Below, piece by piece: positions 1 to 8,221 of a DNA stretch of 64,000 bases (position 1 is its first letter; every line of letters begins with the position of its first letter). This DNA comes from a bacterium (GTDB taxonomy: Bacteria > Zixibacteria > MSB-5A5 > GN15 > FEB-12), in the NCBI GenBank assembly GCA_043811375.1, contig JBDRNJ010000039.1:32001-96000 (forward strand), written 5' to 3'. Below the pieces are notes generated by a model. It worked only from the letters and a program-made list of their open reading frames with translations, did not search any database and was not told where the DNA came from. The position numbers were made by a program, and so were the translations under genes.

Positions 1-1
1 T

Positions 2-1054
2 GGCCTCTACCTGCCGCATATCCGACAGGCTGTCCACGAATGCCTCATAGATGCCGACGCTCGTCTGGACCGCCTTCTCAACCGTCCCGATATCAGCTTC
101 GAGACGACCGATTACGACGCCGACGGCCATGATGAAATTATCTGCAGCGGCAGAGTTTTCACCGCCGTTTTCAAACCACGACGGGGAGGAACCCTGCTGC
201 AACTGGCTCTCAATCAGCACCGCTTCGATCCCACCGACACCCTGACCCGTCGTCACGAAGGCTACCATCTTAAGCTCGACCGGGCCGTATCTTCGGAGTC
301 AGCCGACAAGACCGCCTCCATTCACGATCTGGTCCTGACCAAAGAGGCCGGCTTAAAGGATTTCCTGGTCGATGACTGGTATTTGAAGCGTTGCTTTATT
401 GATCACTTTTTCACCGGCGATGTCGATTTCGAGCGTTTCCGCACGGCCTGTTACGGCGAGGAAGGTGATTTCATTTTAGAGCCGTTCAGCTATCGGATTG
501 ATCGGGACAATCATTTTCTGGTTATGACTCGTGACGGCCACCTATGGCGGCCCGACGGCCCGGTACCGGTGCAGATAGTTAAACGTTTCGAGTTCCGACC
601 GAAAGCCGAGTTAATTCGGGTCAGCTACGAAATCCGCACTCTCCACAATCAGCACACCCCGGTGGTTTTCGCCATAGAGAACAACTTCAACTTCCAGGCC
701 GGTCATGCTGAAGATCGTCTGATTCTGATCGACGGTAACCGCCATGAGAACTCCTTTCTTGACTCCCCCGGCCGGTACGATAGTGTTACGTCGTGGGCCC
801 TGATGGATCAATATCGCAACCTGGCGGTGGCACTGGTGGCCGAACGACCCGGCGCCGTCTGGCACCTGCCCATCTATACGGTCTCGCTGTCGGAGGGCGG
901 CTTCGAGAAAGTCTACCAGGGAACCACCCTGGTGAACGTTTATCACGTTGAATTGACCGGGGTTCCGCTGGTGCTGAATTTCGATCTGTACGCCGCAGAA
1001 ATTCCGGCCGTCAGCGATGTCATCTTCCGCAAAACTGCCGGTTGCCCGTCGTAA
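2..1054 (+). CDS. GH57 family alpha-amylase/4-alpha-glucanotransferase, C-terminal part (5'-truncated)
   Basis: The frame from base 2 reads GLYLPHIRQAVHECL and is in frame with ORF 383..1054. The C-terminal PIYTVSLSEGGFEKVYQG motif is typical of the DUF1925/DUF1926 part of GH57 enzymes. Confidence 0.85.
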   Translation, partial: GLYLPHIRQAVHECLIDADARLDRLLNRPDISFETTDYDADGHDEIICSGRVFTAVFKPRRGGTLLQLALNQHRFDPTDTLTRRHEGYHLKLDRAVSSESADKTASIHDLVLTKEAGLKDFLVDDWYLKRCFIDHFFTGDVDFERFRTACYGEEGDFILEPFSYRIDRDNHFLVMTRDGHLWRPDGPVPVQIVKRFEFRPKAELIRVSYEIRTLHNQHTPVVFAIENNFNFQAGHAEDRLILIDGNRHENSFLDSPGRYDSVTSWALMDQYRNLAVALVAERPGAVWHLPIYTVSLSEGGFEKVYQGTTLVNVYHVELTGVPLVLNFDLYAAEIPAVSDVIFRKTAGCPS

Positions 1055-1077
1055 GCCGCTAACAGGGCGATTAACAC

Positions 1078-1105
1078 TTGACTTGGCTGCGGGTTTTGCT
1101 ATCAT
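1078..1105 (+). promoter_or_regulatory. putative sigma-70 promoter of pth-rpsF operon
   Basis: TTGACT-N16-TATCAT with TGn extended -10, 28 bp upstream of the pth ATG. Confidence 0.5.
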
Positions 1106-1133
1106 TTGAGTTTCGGGCCTGAAAGGCAATGGC

Positions 1134-1706
1134 ATGATTTCGCTCCTGGTCGGCCTGGGCAATATCGGCGACCGTTACCGCGGTACTCGTCACAACCTCG
1201 GCTTCGAGGTTGTTGAGAAAATTTGGCGGGACCTGAAGCTTTCGCCGAAACTACCCACTGCCGATTATGTCTGGGTGATTGGGGAGCGCAATCGACGGCC
1301 CTTGGTTCTGGCTTGGCCCGGAACATATATGAACCGCTCCGGAGTTGCGGTCCATGCTCTTTTACAGGTTAATGCTTTGGAGCCGTCGCAGATGCTGGTG
1401 ATAGTCGACGACTTCAATCTGCCGCTGGGCAAAATAAGGCTTCGGCCGAGCGGCTCCGATGGCGGCCATCACGGGCTGGCATCGGTGATTGAGGCGCTTG
1501 AGACGGATCAGTTCCCACGACTGCGACTGGGGATCGGTCCTTTGCCCGAAGGAGCCGACACTGTCGATTTTGTCCTCAGTCGATTTGCCGACGAGGATTT
1601 CGAGGCAGCCGGACAGATGATCGCCGTAGCGGCCGAAGCAGCTTTGTTTACTGTTGAGCATCGCCTTCAGGAGGCGATGTCAAAATACAATATAAACCCT
1701 GCCTGA
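1134..1706 (+). CDS. pth: peptidyl-tRNA hydrolase
   Basis: Motifs LVGLGN..Y..TRHNLGF, TYMNRSG, GSDGGHHGL, RLRLGIG. Confidence 0.97.
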   Translation: MISLLVGLGNIGDRYRGTRHNLGFEVVEKIWRDLKLSPKLPTADYVWVIGERNRRPLVLAWPGTYMNRSGVAVHALLQVNALEPSQMLVIVDDFNLPLGKIRLRPSGSDGGHHGLASVIEALETDQFPRLRLGIGPLPEGADTVDFVLSRFADEDFEAAGQMIAVAAEAALFTVEHRLQEAMSKYNINPA

Positions 1707-1773
1707 CAGGGGTCTTTCTCGCCCCCGTCAGGCCGTTAGAGTGTTAAACTTACGTCCGAAGGGAGACTGCTTA

Positions 1774-2373
1774 ATGAGAGTCTACGACACTACCTTCATT
1801 ATTAATCCGCAAACCGATGATTCCTTAATCGACCAGTCGGTCCGTTCCGTTGCCGATCTGATTACCGGCAATGGCGGTCGGATCATTAACGAGGATCGTA
1901 TGGGAACCCGGCGACTGGCCTACCAGATCGAAGACCTGACCCAGGGGTATTACACTACGTTCATCTTTGAGGGTCCCAGTTCTATTCTGCCGATCCTCGA
2001 TCGTCATTTCAAGCTCGGTGAATCTTTCATGCGACACTTGACGATAGTGTACGATGGTGACCTCAGCGCTTTTACCCCGAAGGAAACCGAGGTGATAGCT
2101 CCCATCGAAAGGAAGAGCACTCCGGCGCCCGGTGCCGCTGCCATGACTCCAACCGAGCCCACTCCTCCTGCCTCCGACACAATGGCTGAGGCCGCCCCAC
2201 CCATCGCCGACACTGAGGTCGAGGCCGAGGTGGCGTCGCCCGTCGCCGATCCGGTTGAATCAACCCCGGCTGAGGAGCAGGCACCTGAAAAACCTCCCCC
2301 GTCGGCACCCGCAGAAGAGGCTCCACCCGCACAGAAAGAACCTCCCGGCTATGATGAGGAGGATGAGTTGTAG
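1774..2373 (+). CDS. rpsF: 30S ribosomal protein bS6 with long Pro/Ala/Glu-rich C-terminal extension
   Basis: MRVYDTTFII, MGTRRLAYQI..LTQGYY; GGGAGA SD before ATG 1774; upstream of rpsR. Confidence 0.93.
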   Translation: MRVYDTTFIINPQTDDSLIDQSVRSVADLITGNGGRIINEDRMGTRRLAYQIEDLTQGYYTTFIFEGPSSILPILDRHFKLGESFMRHLTIVYDGDLSAFTPKETEVIAPIERKSTPAPGAAAMTPTEPTPPASDTMAEAAPPIADTEVEAEVASPVADPVESTPAEEQAPEKPPPSAPAEEAPPAQKEPPGYDEEDEL

Positions 2374-2462
2374 TTGCCCTTGCGGTAGTTTGTCGACCCG
2401 TCTATCGGGCGGTGAGACGGCGGTGTTGATTGAACCTGACAATTATTATTGAGGAGTAAAAC

Positions 2463-2690
2463 ATGCAAGTCATGAGAAGAAGGAAGTTCTGTTACTTCTG
2501 TGAGAATAAGATTCACTTCGTGGACTACAAAGACGAACGGCTGCTGAGACGTTTCGTCAATGAGCGGGGTAAAATTATCCCGCGGCGAGTCACGGGCAAT
2601 TGTGCCCGTCATCAGCGAAAGACTACTCGGGGTATCAAACGAGCCCGGATCATGGCGATAATGGCCTTTGAGAGTGAATCCTTCCGTTGA
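2463..2690 (+). CDS. rpsR: 30S ribosomal protein bS18 (Zn-binding C+ form)
   Basis: [40 protein letters not shown]. Confidence 0.97.
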   Translation: MQVMRRRKFCYFCENKIHFVDYKDERLLRRFVNERGKIIPRRVTGNCARHQRKTTRGIKRARIMAIMAFESESFR

Positions 2691-3696
2691 TTCAGCCACT
2701 GATCACGGTTTGACTGCTCACCGGTATCTGAGTTTTTTCGCCGGTGTTTACCCGGTTCTGGCGGCCATGTCCATTTACTCGGTTGTCGCTTACACCGGAG
2801 CCGAAGGGCACGCGGTCGGCGTGGTTGCTGTTCTGTCCGGCGTTCTGGCCTATTTCCTGACGATGTATATCTATTTCGGTATAGCCTGGCTGGTGTACGA
2901 GCACCGCTACCGATTGCTGACGGTGGGAGCCGCCTCGGCAGTTATCATCGCCTGTATCATGGCAGGCCCGGCCGATCTCGCTTTCCCTCTTTGCGGTTGG
3001 GCTATGATGCTGCTGGCCGGTATTGTAACGGGCAGGCTTACCCGGCGCCGTTACCGACAAGGACAGGTGTACTTAATCGGCGCTTTTGTGGTGGCTGGTT
3101 TGTTCACCCTGCAGTCGATCTCCTTGTGGGTTGAGTTCCTTAAGGCTGCACCGGAGCTGGTTGACAACCTGGCGGCTCAGTTGCAGCAGTTGCTGGGCAG
3201 CCAGGGTCATGGCCCGGAAGTAGTCCGTGAGAGTGTCGATCAGAGCCGCCGGGCATTCAATATCGTGATCCGCTTGTTTCCCGCCCTGACGGTTATGGGT
3301 GTGTTGATGCAATTCAGTGTCGGTTACCTGGTTTTCTTCTGGTGGGTTTGTCGTCGGGAACCGTCACAATCCTGTGTGCCGCCGCTGTACTGGAAAATGC
3401 CCTTTGGATTTTCGGTGGTTGTCATGGGAGCTATCCTGACCCGGCTGCTGGGGGGAGATCTGCTGCAAACCGTCGGAGACAACGTCCTGGCCATCCTGGC
3501 CACCTATTATTGTGTTGCGGGCTTGGCTCTTATCGAGTATTATCTAAGGAAGTTGCGGGTTTCAAAGCTGATGAAGATTCTGTTTTACCTGCTGCTGTTG
3601 TTGACCCAACTGATGGGTTTTCTCGTGGTTGCCCTGGTGGGGTTTATCGACAGCTTTACCGATTGGCGACGGAGTCAACTACAGAAGATGCTTTGA
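2668..3696 (+). CDS. DUF2232/YybS-family membrane protein
   Basis: Multi-TM protein with C-terminal [11 protein letters not shown]; position between rpsR and rplI is typical of this family. Start uncertain. Confidence 0.75.
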   Translation: MRVNPSVDSATDHGLTAHRYLSFFAGVYPVLAAMSIYSVVAYTGAEGHAVGVVAVLSGVLAYFLTMYIYFGIAWLVYEHRYRLLTVGAASAVIIACIMAGPADLAFPLCGWAMMLLAGIVTGRLTRRRYRQGQVYLIGAFVVAGLFTLQSISLWVEFLKAAPELVDNLAAQLQQLLGSQGHGPEVVRESVDQSRRAFNIVIRLFPALTVMGVLMQFSVGYLVFFWWVCRREPSQSCVPPLYWKMPFGFSVVVMGAILTRLLGGDLLQTVGDNVLAILATYYCVAGLALIEYYLRKLRVSKLMKILFYLLLLLTQLMGFLVVALVGFIDSFTDWRRSQLQKML

Positions 3697-3738
3697 TCCC
3701 TTCAAGTGAACAAGAACGTAATCAAGAGGTCAATTGAC

Positions 3739-4185
3739 ATGAAAGTGATACTGCGCGAAAATGTCCCGGATGTCGGTCAGGCCGGTGACACGGTTGAGGT
3801 AAAGTCGGGCTACGGCCGCAATTACCTCTTCCCCCGTAACCTGGCTATCCCTGCCACCAAAGCCAACTTGCGGGCCATCGGTGAGGTGACCAAGCAGAAA
3901 GATCTGCGCGAAAGGAAACAGCGGCGGGAAGCGGAAGTCATCAAGGACAAAATCGAAAAGCTGTCCCTGTCGATGGAAGTGCTGGTTGGCGAGGAAGATA
4001 AGCTCTACGGTTCGGTAACCAATGCCGATATCGCTCAACTGCTTGCCCGGGAAGGGGTCAGTGTTGACAAACGCGCTATCGAACTGGAAACTCCCATCAA
4101 GGTTCTGGGCGTCTACACCGTGTTGGTGAAGATCGATAAGGATGTGGCGGCTGAACTGAGGTTGTGGGTGATCAAGAAATCCTGA
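3739..4185 (+). CDS. rplI: 50S ribosomal protein bL9
   Basis: MKVIL..V..VG..GD.VEVKSGYGRNYLFP, KLYGSVT, PIKVLG; GAGG SD. Confidence 0.97.
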   Translation: MKVILRENVPDVGQAGDTVEVKSGYGRNYLFPRNLAIPATKANLRAIGEVTKQKDLRERKQRREAEVIKDKIEKLSLSMEVLVGEEDKLYGSVTNADIAQLLAREGVSVDKRAIELETPIKVLGVYTVLVKIDKDVAAELRLWVIKKS

Positions 4186-4191
4186 GGTGTT

Positions 4192-4689
4192 ATGAAAATG
4201 CTTGAGGTGACAGTCGAGGGTCTGGCTATGGATATGACTACCAATTCCCCGGTGGTGATCCTGGCGCCGACGGAAATGAACAAAGTGTTGCCGATCTGGA
4301 TAGGTCATGCCGAGGCCTGGGGTATCGCCATGCAGCTATCCGGCATTAAATCCAAACGTCCCCTTACTTATGATTTGCTCCAGTCGGTCATTACCACTCT
4401 GGAGGCCAGAGTCGAGAAGGTGGAGATAACCGAACTGCGGGAGCAGACGTTCTATGCCCGCCTGCATCTGTCCAGTGACAGCAAGCAATACGAGGTCGAC
4501 GCTCGTCCTTCCGACTCTATCGCCCTGGCACTCAAGGCCGGAGCCGACATTTACGTCAACGAGGAACTCTTTAACCTCAAAACCGATGAAACTTCCCCGG
4601 AAGCACCGCCGTTGCCGAATGATCCGGAATCCCTCAGAGAACGACTAAAAAAAATCAACCCCGAGGACTTCGGAAAGTATTCGTTGTAA
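4192..4689 (+). CDS. bifunctional nuclease family protein (DUF151)
   Basis: LPIWIG..EA, RPLTYDL, DARPSDSIALA motifs. Confidence 0.9.
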   Translation: MKMLEVTVEGLAMDMTTNSPVVILAPTEMNKVLPIWIGHAEAWGIAMQLSGIKSKRPLTYDLLQSVITTLEARVEKVEITELREQTFYARLHLSSDSKQYEVDARPSDSIALALKAGADIYVNEELFNLKTDETSPEAPPLPNDPESLRERLKKINPEDFGKYSL

Positions 4690-4704
4690 GGGTCCGCATT
4701 GGGA

Positions 4705-6489
4705 ATGCGCATAATCATCGTTCTGGCGGTTGTCCTGTCAGTGGCGCTGGCGCTGCCCGCCGACAGCGGCGCCGATGCCAATGAAGAAACTTCTCTTCTG
4801 GCCAGGGGACAGCGGTTGCTGCGCGAAGGTAACTGGTTTCGAGCCGCCAAGGTATTTGAGGAAGGCGCGGGGCGTTTTCCACACTCAACCTATTTGAATC
4901 AATTCATCTTCTGCAGAGCCAAGGCGAATTACCATGCCGGCCAACTCAGTGACGCCATAGCCGGCTTTTCTTACTTCCTGTCCCGGTTTCCCTCATCGGC
5001 TGAAGCAGCCCATGCCCGTTTTTTTCTGGGAAATGCTCATTATCGGCAGGGTAATGTAGATAAAGCTGTCGACAACTACCTGCGGTCGTACCGTCTTTCA
5101 AACGACCGCCAACTGGATGATCTGGTTGCGGCCTCTCTGACGGCAGCGTTTGAGAACGCCTCTTCCGTCGATATTAACTCAGCCGACCTGGAGATGCTCC
5201 CGCCGGAGAAGCGGTGCCTGCTGACCAGATCGCTGGCGAAAGTAATAGCCGATCACGGTGATATCGACCGAGCTCAGAAGTTACTGGCCACCTGCGACAC
5301 CGGATCGGATCGCTTGCAGGTCGCCGATGATCGTGACCGACGCGACCAAAACCAGATTGAGATTGTGGTCGTGCTGCCTCTTTCGGGAGAATTGCATCCC
5401 TTCGGCCAGGACATATATGACGGCGCAGTAGTGGCCGCAGAACAACATCGGAGCCACTCGACAGTTGGTATCAGGCTGACACCGTACGACAGCGAAGGCG
5501 ATCCGATCAAGGCTGCTCGTATCATAGGCAGCCTGTCGGAGAATCAGACCGATGCCGTCATCGGACCGCTTACCAGCGAAGCAGCCGCGGTGGCATCGGC
5601 GTCGTTGAGTTGCCGCTCTCTGCCGCTTCTGGTACCGGCTGCAACTCAGGCCGGTTTGACACTCTTGTCGGAGTCATCGTTTCAACTTGCGCCGAATATC
5701 GAATTGGAGGGAGTGAAAATGGCGGAATATGCCATCGACAGCCTGCAGGCCGATTCGGCGGTAGTAATAACGTCCACCGAGTCCGAGCATTTGCAGATGG
5801 CCCGGGCATTCGCCGACAGATTCGAAAAGCTCGGCGGCAGGGTAATAGCCGTCGAATACTACCGTCCTCGTGACAATGACTTTGGGCGGCAGATTCGAGA
5901 CATCAAAACCATACTGCTGGGCCGGCAACCGGGTGACTCCACTTTTTTCCTCGATGAAAATGGTGATACCCTGGACCCGGACGGCATTGAGGCTCACGTC
6001 GATTGCCTGTACCTGCCCGGTAAGCCCGACCAGATCAGGAAACTTTTACCCCAGATTAATTTTTACAACCTCAGCGGAGATTTTCTCGGCTCGGATGGCT
6101 GGAACGATGACCTGGTGCTGAAACTTGGTGACAATGTCACCAGGGGTGCGGTTTTCCCAACTCCCTTCATAACCGGCGCCGGTTCGGAGGAATATGTTCG
6201 CTTTGCCGCCGCCTATGATACCCGATTCGGCCGCCGACCCAATCGCCTGGCCGCGCTTGGCTACGATGCCGTGATGCTGGCCGTAACGGCCGTCCGTTCG
6301 GGTGGCGGATCAGATCAGGCAACAGTAGAACACTTGCGGAATGTGCAGGGTTACGACGGGGCCTCCGGTAAGATCAGTTTTGGATACAACCGGGAGAATA
6401 TAGAGATGCCGCTGTACCGCATCAGTGCCGAAGAGGCCGTACCGACGCAATCGGTGACCAGCACCGTGGTCGAGGATGAGAACCCCTAA
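4705..6489 (+). CDS. exported TPR plus periplasmic-binding-fold protein (LpoA/LppC-like)
   Basis: Signal peptide, N-terminal TPRs, VVLPLSG, VIGPL.S and LGYDA motifs of type I periplasmic binding/LpoA C-domain. Confidence 0.7.
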   Translation: MRIIIVLAVVLSVALALPADSGADANEETSLLARGQRLLREGNWFRAAKVFEEGAGRFPHSTYLNQFIFCRAKANYHAGQLSDAIAGFSYFLSRFPSSAEAAHARFFLGNAHYRQGNVDKAVDNYLRSYRLSNDRQLDDLVAASLTAAFENASSVDINSADLEMLPPEKRCLLTRSLAKVIADHGDIDRAQKLLATCDTGSDRLQVADDRDRRDQNQIEIVVVLPLSGELHPFGQDIYDGAVVAAEQHRSHSTVGIRLTPYDSEGDPIKAARIIGSLSENQTDAVIGPLTSEAAAVASASLSCRSLPLLVPAATQAGLTLLSESSFQLAPNIELEGVKMAEYAIDSLQADSAVVITSTESEHLQMARAFADRFEKLGGRVIAVEYYRPRDNDFGRQIRDIKTILLGRQPGDSTFFLDENGDTLDPDGIEAHVDCLYLPGKPDQIRKLLPQINFYNLSGDFLGSDGWNDDLVLKLGDNVTRGAVFPTPFITGAGSEEYVRFAAAYDTRFGRRPNRLAALGYDAVMLAVTAVRSGGGSDQATVEHLRNVQGYDGASGKISFGYNRENIEMPLYRISAEEAVPTQSVTSTVVEDENP

Positions 6490-6567
6490 ACGGCATCGGT
6501 GGCATCGCCACATTTATTTAATTCTATGGGAATACCTGGACTTGTAGGACAGTCGTCAGGTCACACT

Positions 6568-6621
6568 CCCGACTTCGTCGCTCGGCCCGACTTCGTCGCT
6601 CAGCCCGACATCGTCGGTGAC
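6568..6621. repeat. three tandem 18-bp units, each a mini-palindrome
   Basis: CCCGACTTCGTCGCTCGG / CCCGACTTCGTCGCTCAG / CCCGACATCGTCGGTGAC. Confidence 0.85.
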
Positions 6622-6740
6622 AAGACCTATCGAAGCTTAATTATGGCACGGTCTGGGTATTGGCAGGTTGGCCGCCCGGTATAAATACCTTATATTCACT
6701 CAGACAATGATCGCAAACCCACAACGGAGAATCTACCGTT

Positions 6741-6947
6741 ATGACGGAAAACAAAGTGGCTCTCAAGATGGTGGTTAACGGCCAGGAGAAGGACATCACC
6801 TACGAGGAACTGGCCCTGTCGAACAACCTGGCCCAGGAAGCACTGGTCCGCCTGCTGATTGACAAGAATGTCTTTTCAACAAAAGAAATGCTGACAATGC
6901 TGGAGAAGGTCAAGAAAGAGCGGTACCGCTTCCCCGAGAAGCAGTAG
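6741..6947 (+). CDS. small hypothetical protein
   Basis: 68 aa ORF with GGAGA SD and coding-like codon usage. Confidence 0.7.
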   Translation: MTENKVALKMVVNGQEKDITYEELALSNNLAQEALVRLLIDKNVFSTKEMLTMLEKVKKERYRFPEKQ

Positions 6948-6995
6948 CATACCGCGAAACGATCGGTGCTGGAGCAATTACCAGGCAACGAAACT

Positions 6996-7493
6996 ATGGA
7001 AACATCTCACGGGAAAAACGATGGCCCGGCCTGGCGGTCAACTGAACCGTTCGGTCCCACGCTTCAATGGACCTGTCACCCGGTAAAACGCCGCCCGATG
7101 ATCTCGGTACTGGTGACACTGTTCATCTTAGTAGTGATCGCCGTCGTGTACACTGCTACCGATTCGAGAGCTTTCGGTTTGCTGGCGGCTATCGTCATGT
7201 TTGCCTCGCTGACGAAGTTTTACTTCCCCACCGGTTACCGTCTGACCGCCGATGAGATTACGATCAAAACCACCATGCAGACGCTGCACAAGCAGTGGTC
7301 GGCTTATCGCTCCTGTTACCCGGACAAGAACGGCATTCTGCTTTCGCCGTTCGTGCATCCCTCGCGTCTGGAAAATTTCCGGGGTATCTACCTGATGTTC
7401 GCCGATAATCGCGACGAGGTAATTAAGTTTGTGAAAGAACAGATCGGCAGGAAAACAGCCGACGACAGAGAACCGAAAGGTAAAGCCAGATGA
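6996..7493 (+). CDS. hypothetical 2-TM membrane protein
   Basis: Two hydrophobic segments then a soluble C-domain; stop overlaps next ATG (ATGA). Confidence 0.75.
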   Translation: METSHGKNDGPAWRSTEPFGPTLQWTCHPVKRRPMISVLVTLFILVVIAVVYTATDSRAFGLLAAIVMFASLTKFYFPTGYRLTADEITIKTTMQTLHKQWSAYRSCYPDKNGILLSPFVHPSRLENFRGIYLMFADNRDEVIKFVKEQIGRKTADDREPKGKAR

Positions 7494-7966
7494 GCTTTTT
7501 TCGCGGATTCTTCAAAGGCAGTGTCGAGCTTCCCGAGCCGGAAAAACCGTCCCTGCCGGCCGATGAACAGGCGTTAATTGAGAAAGTCGCTCGCAAAGTT
7601 GTCGAGCGTCGCATGGCAGTGCCGGCGATTGTCTTTTTGGAATCGATCAAGCCGCTCAATTTCATCAGCGCCCAGGCGATGGTCTTTTTTGAACCGATCG
7701 TGCAGACGCTGTTTAACCTCAAAGACTACGACACTTTCCGCCAGGCACTGGAGAAACGAGAGTCAATTGAGATACTGCTGTTGAAGATCGAAGAATATGA
7801 CGCCGTCTTTTCTCAGCGTGAAAAGCGCGTCAAGAAGTTCCTCAAGAAAGAAAAGAAGAGTTGGAAATGGTACCAGCGCTGGCTGGGCATCTTTCCTCCG
7901 AAATTACAGATCCCCGACGACGTGCTGAATCCACCGGAAGAAAAAGAACAACAACAGGGTGATTAG
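7490..7966 (+). CDS. hypothetical protein
   Basis: 158 aa ORF translationally coupled to the upstream gene. Confidence 0.75.
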   Translation: MSFFRGFFKGSVELPEPEKPSLPADEQALIEKVARKVVERRMAVPAIVFLESIKPLNFISAQAMVFFEPIVQTLFNLKDYDTFRQALEKRESIEILLLKIEEYDAVFSQREKRVKKFLKKEKKSWKWYQRWLGIFPPKLQIPDDVLNPPEEKEQQQGD

Positions 7967-8003
7967 CGGTTGTGAAAATCCTGATATAATCCAATAAACC
8001 GTC

Positions 8004-8031
8004 TTGACAACGAGCCGCTTTACCCTATATT
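8004..8031 (+). promoter_or_regulatory. putative sigma-70 promoter
   Basis: TTGACA-N16-TATATT in the AT-rich region upstream of ORF 8222. Confidence 0.5.
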
Positions 8032-8221
8032 TCAAGTACTTGTAGAAAATGAGCAAGCTCTTGTGCGATTAGCCAAGGGCAGTTATTTCGATATTTCTTA
8101 TCTAATAAACTGGTTGTGAACACAATAATCAGGTTAACGGATTTCTTTGGCCTAATGACACTGGTGTGGCAGTGCACTACAGCAAACTCAAATCATTAAT
8201 AGATAAAGACAGGAGCTACAA

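Noticed and set aside
6644..6658. Possible sigma-54 promoter TGGCACG
   Set aside because: The -24 half is perfect but the -12 position reads GGGT instead of TTGC.
7970..8131. Rex-like TTGTGAA at 7970 and 8114
   Set aside because: Half-sites only, with no TTCACAA arm at the right spacing.
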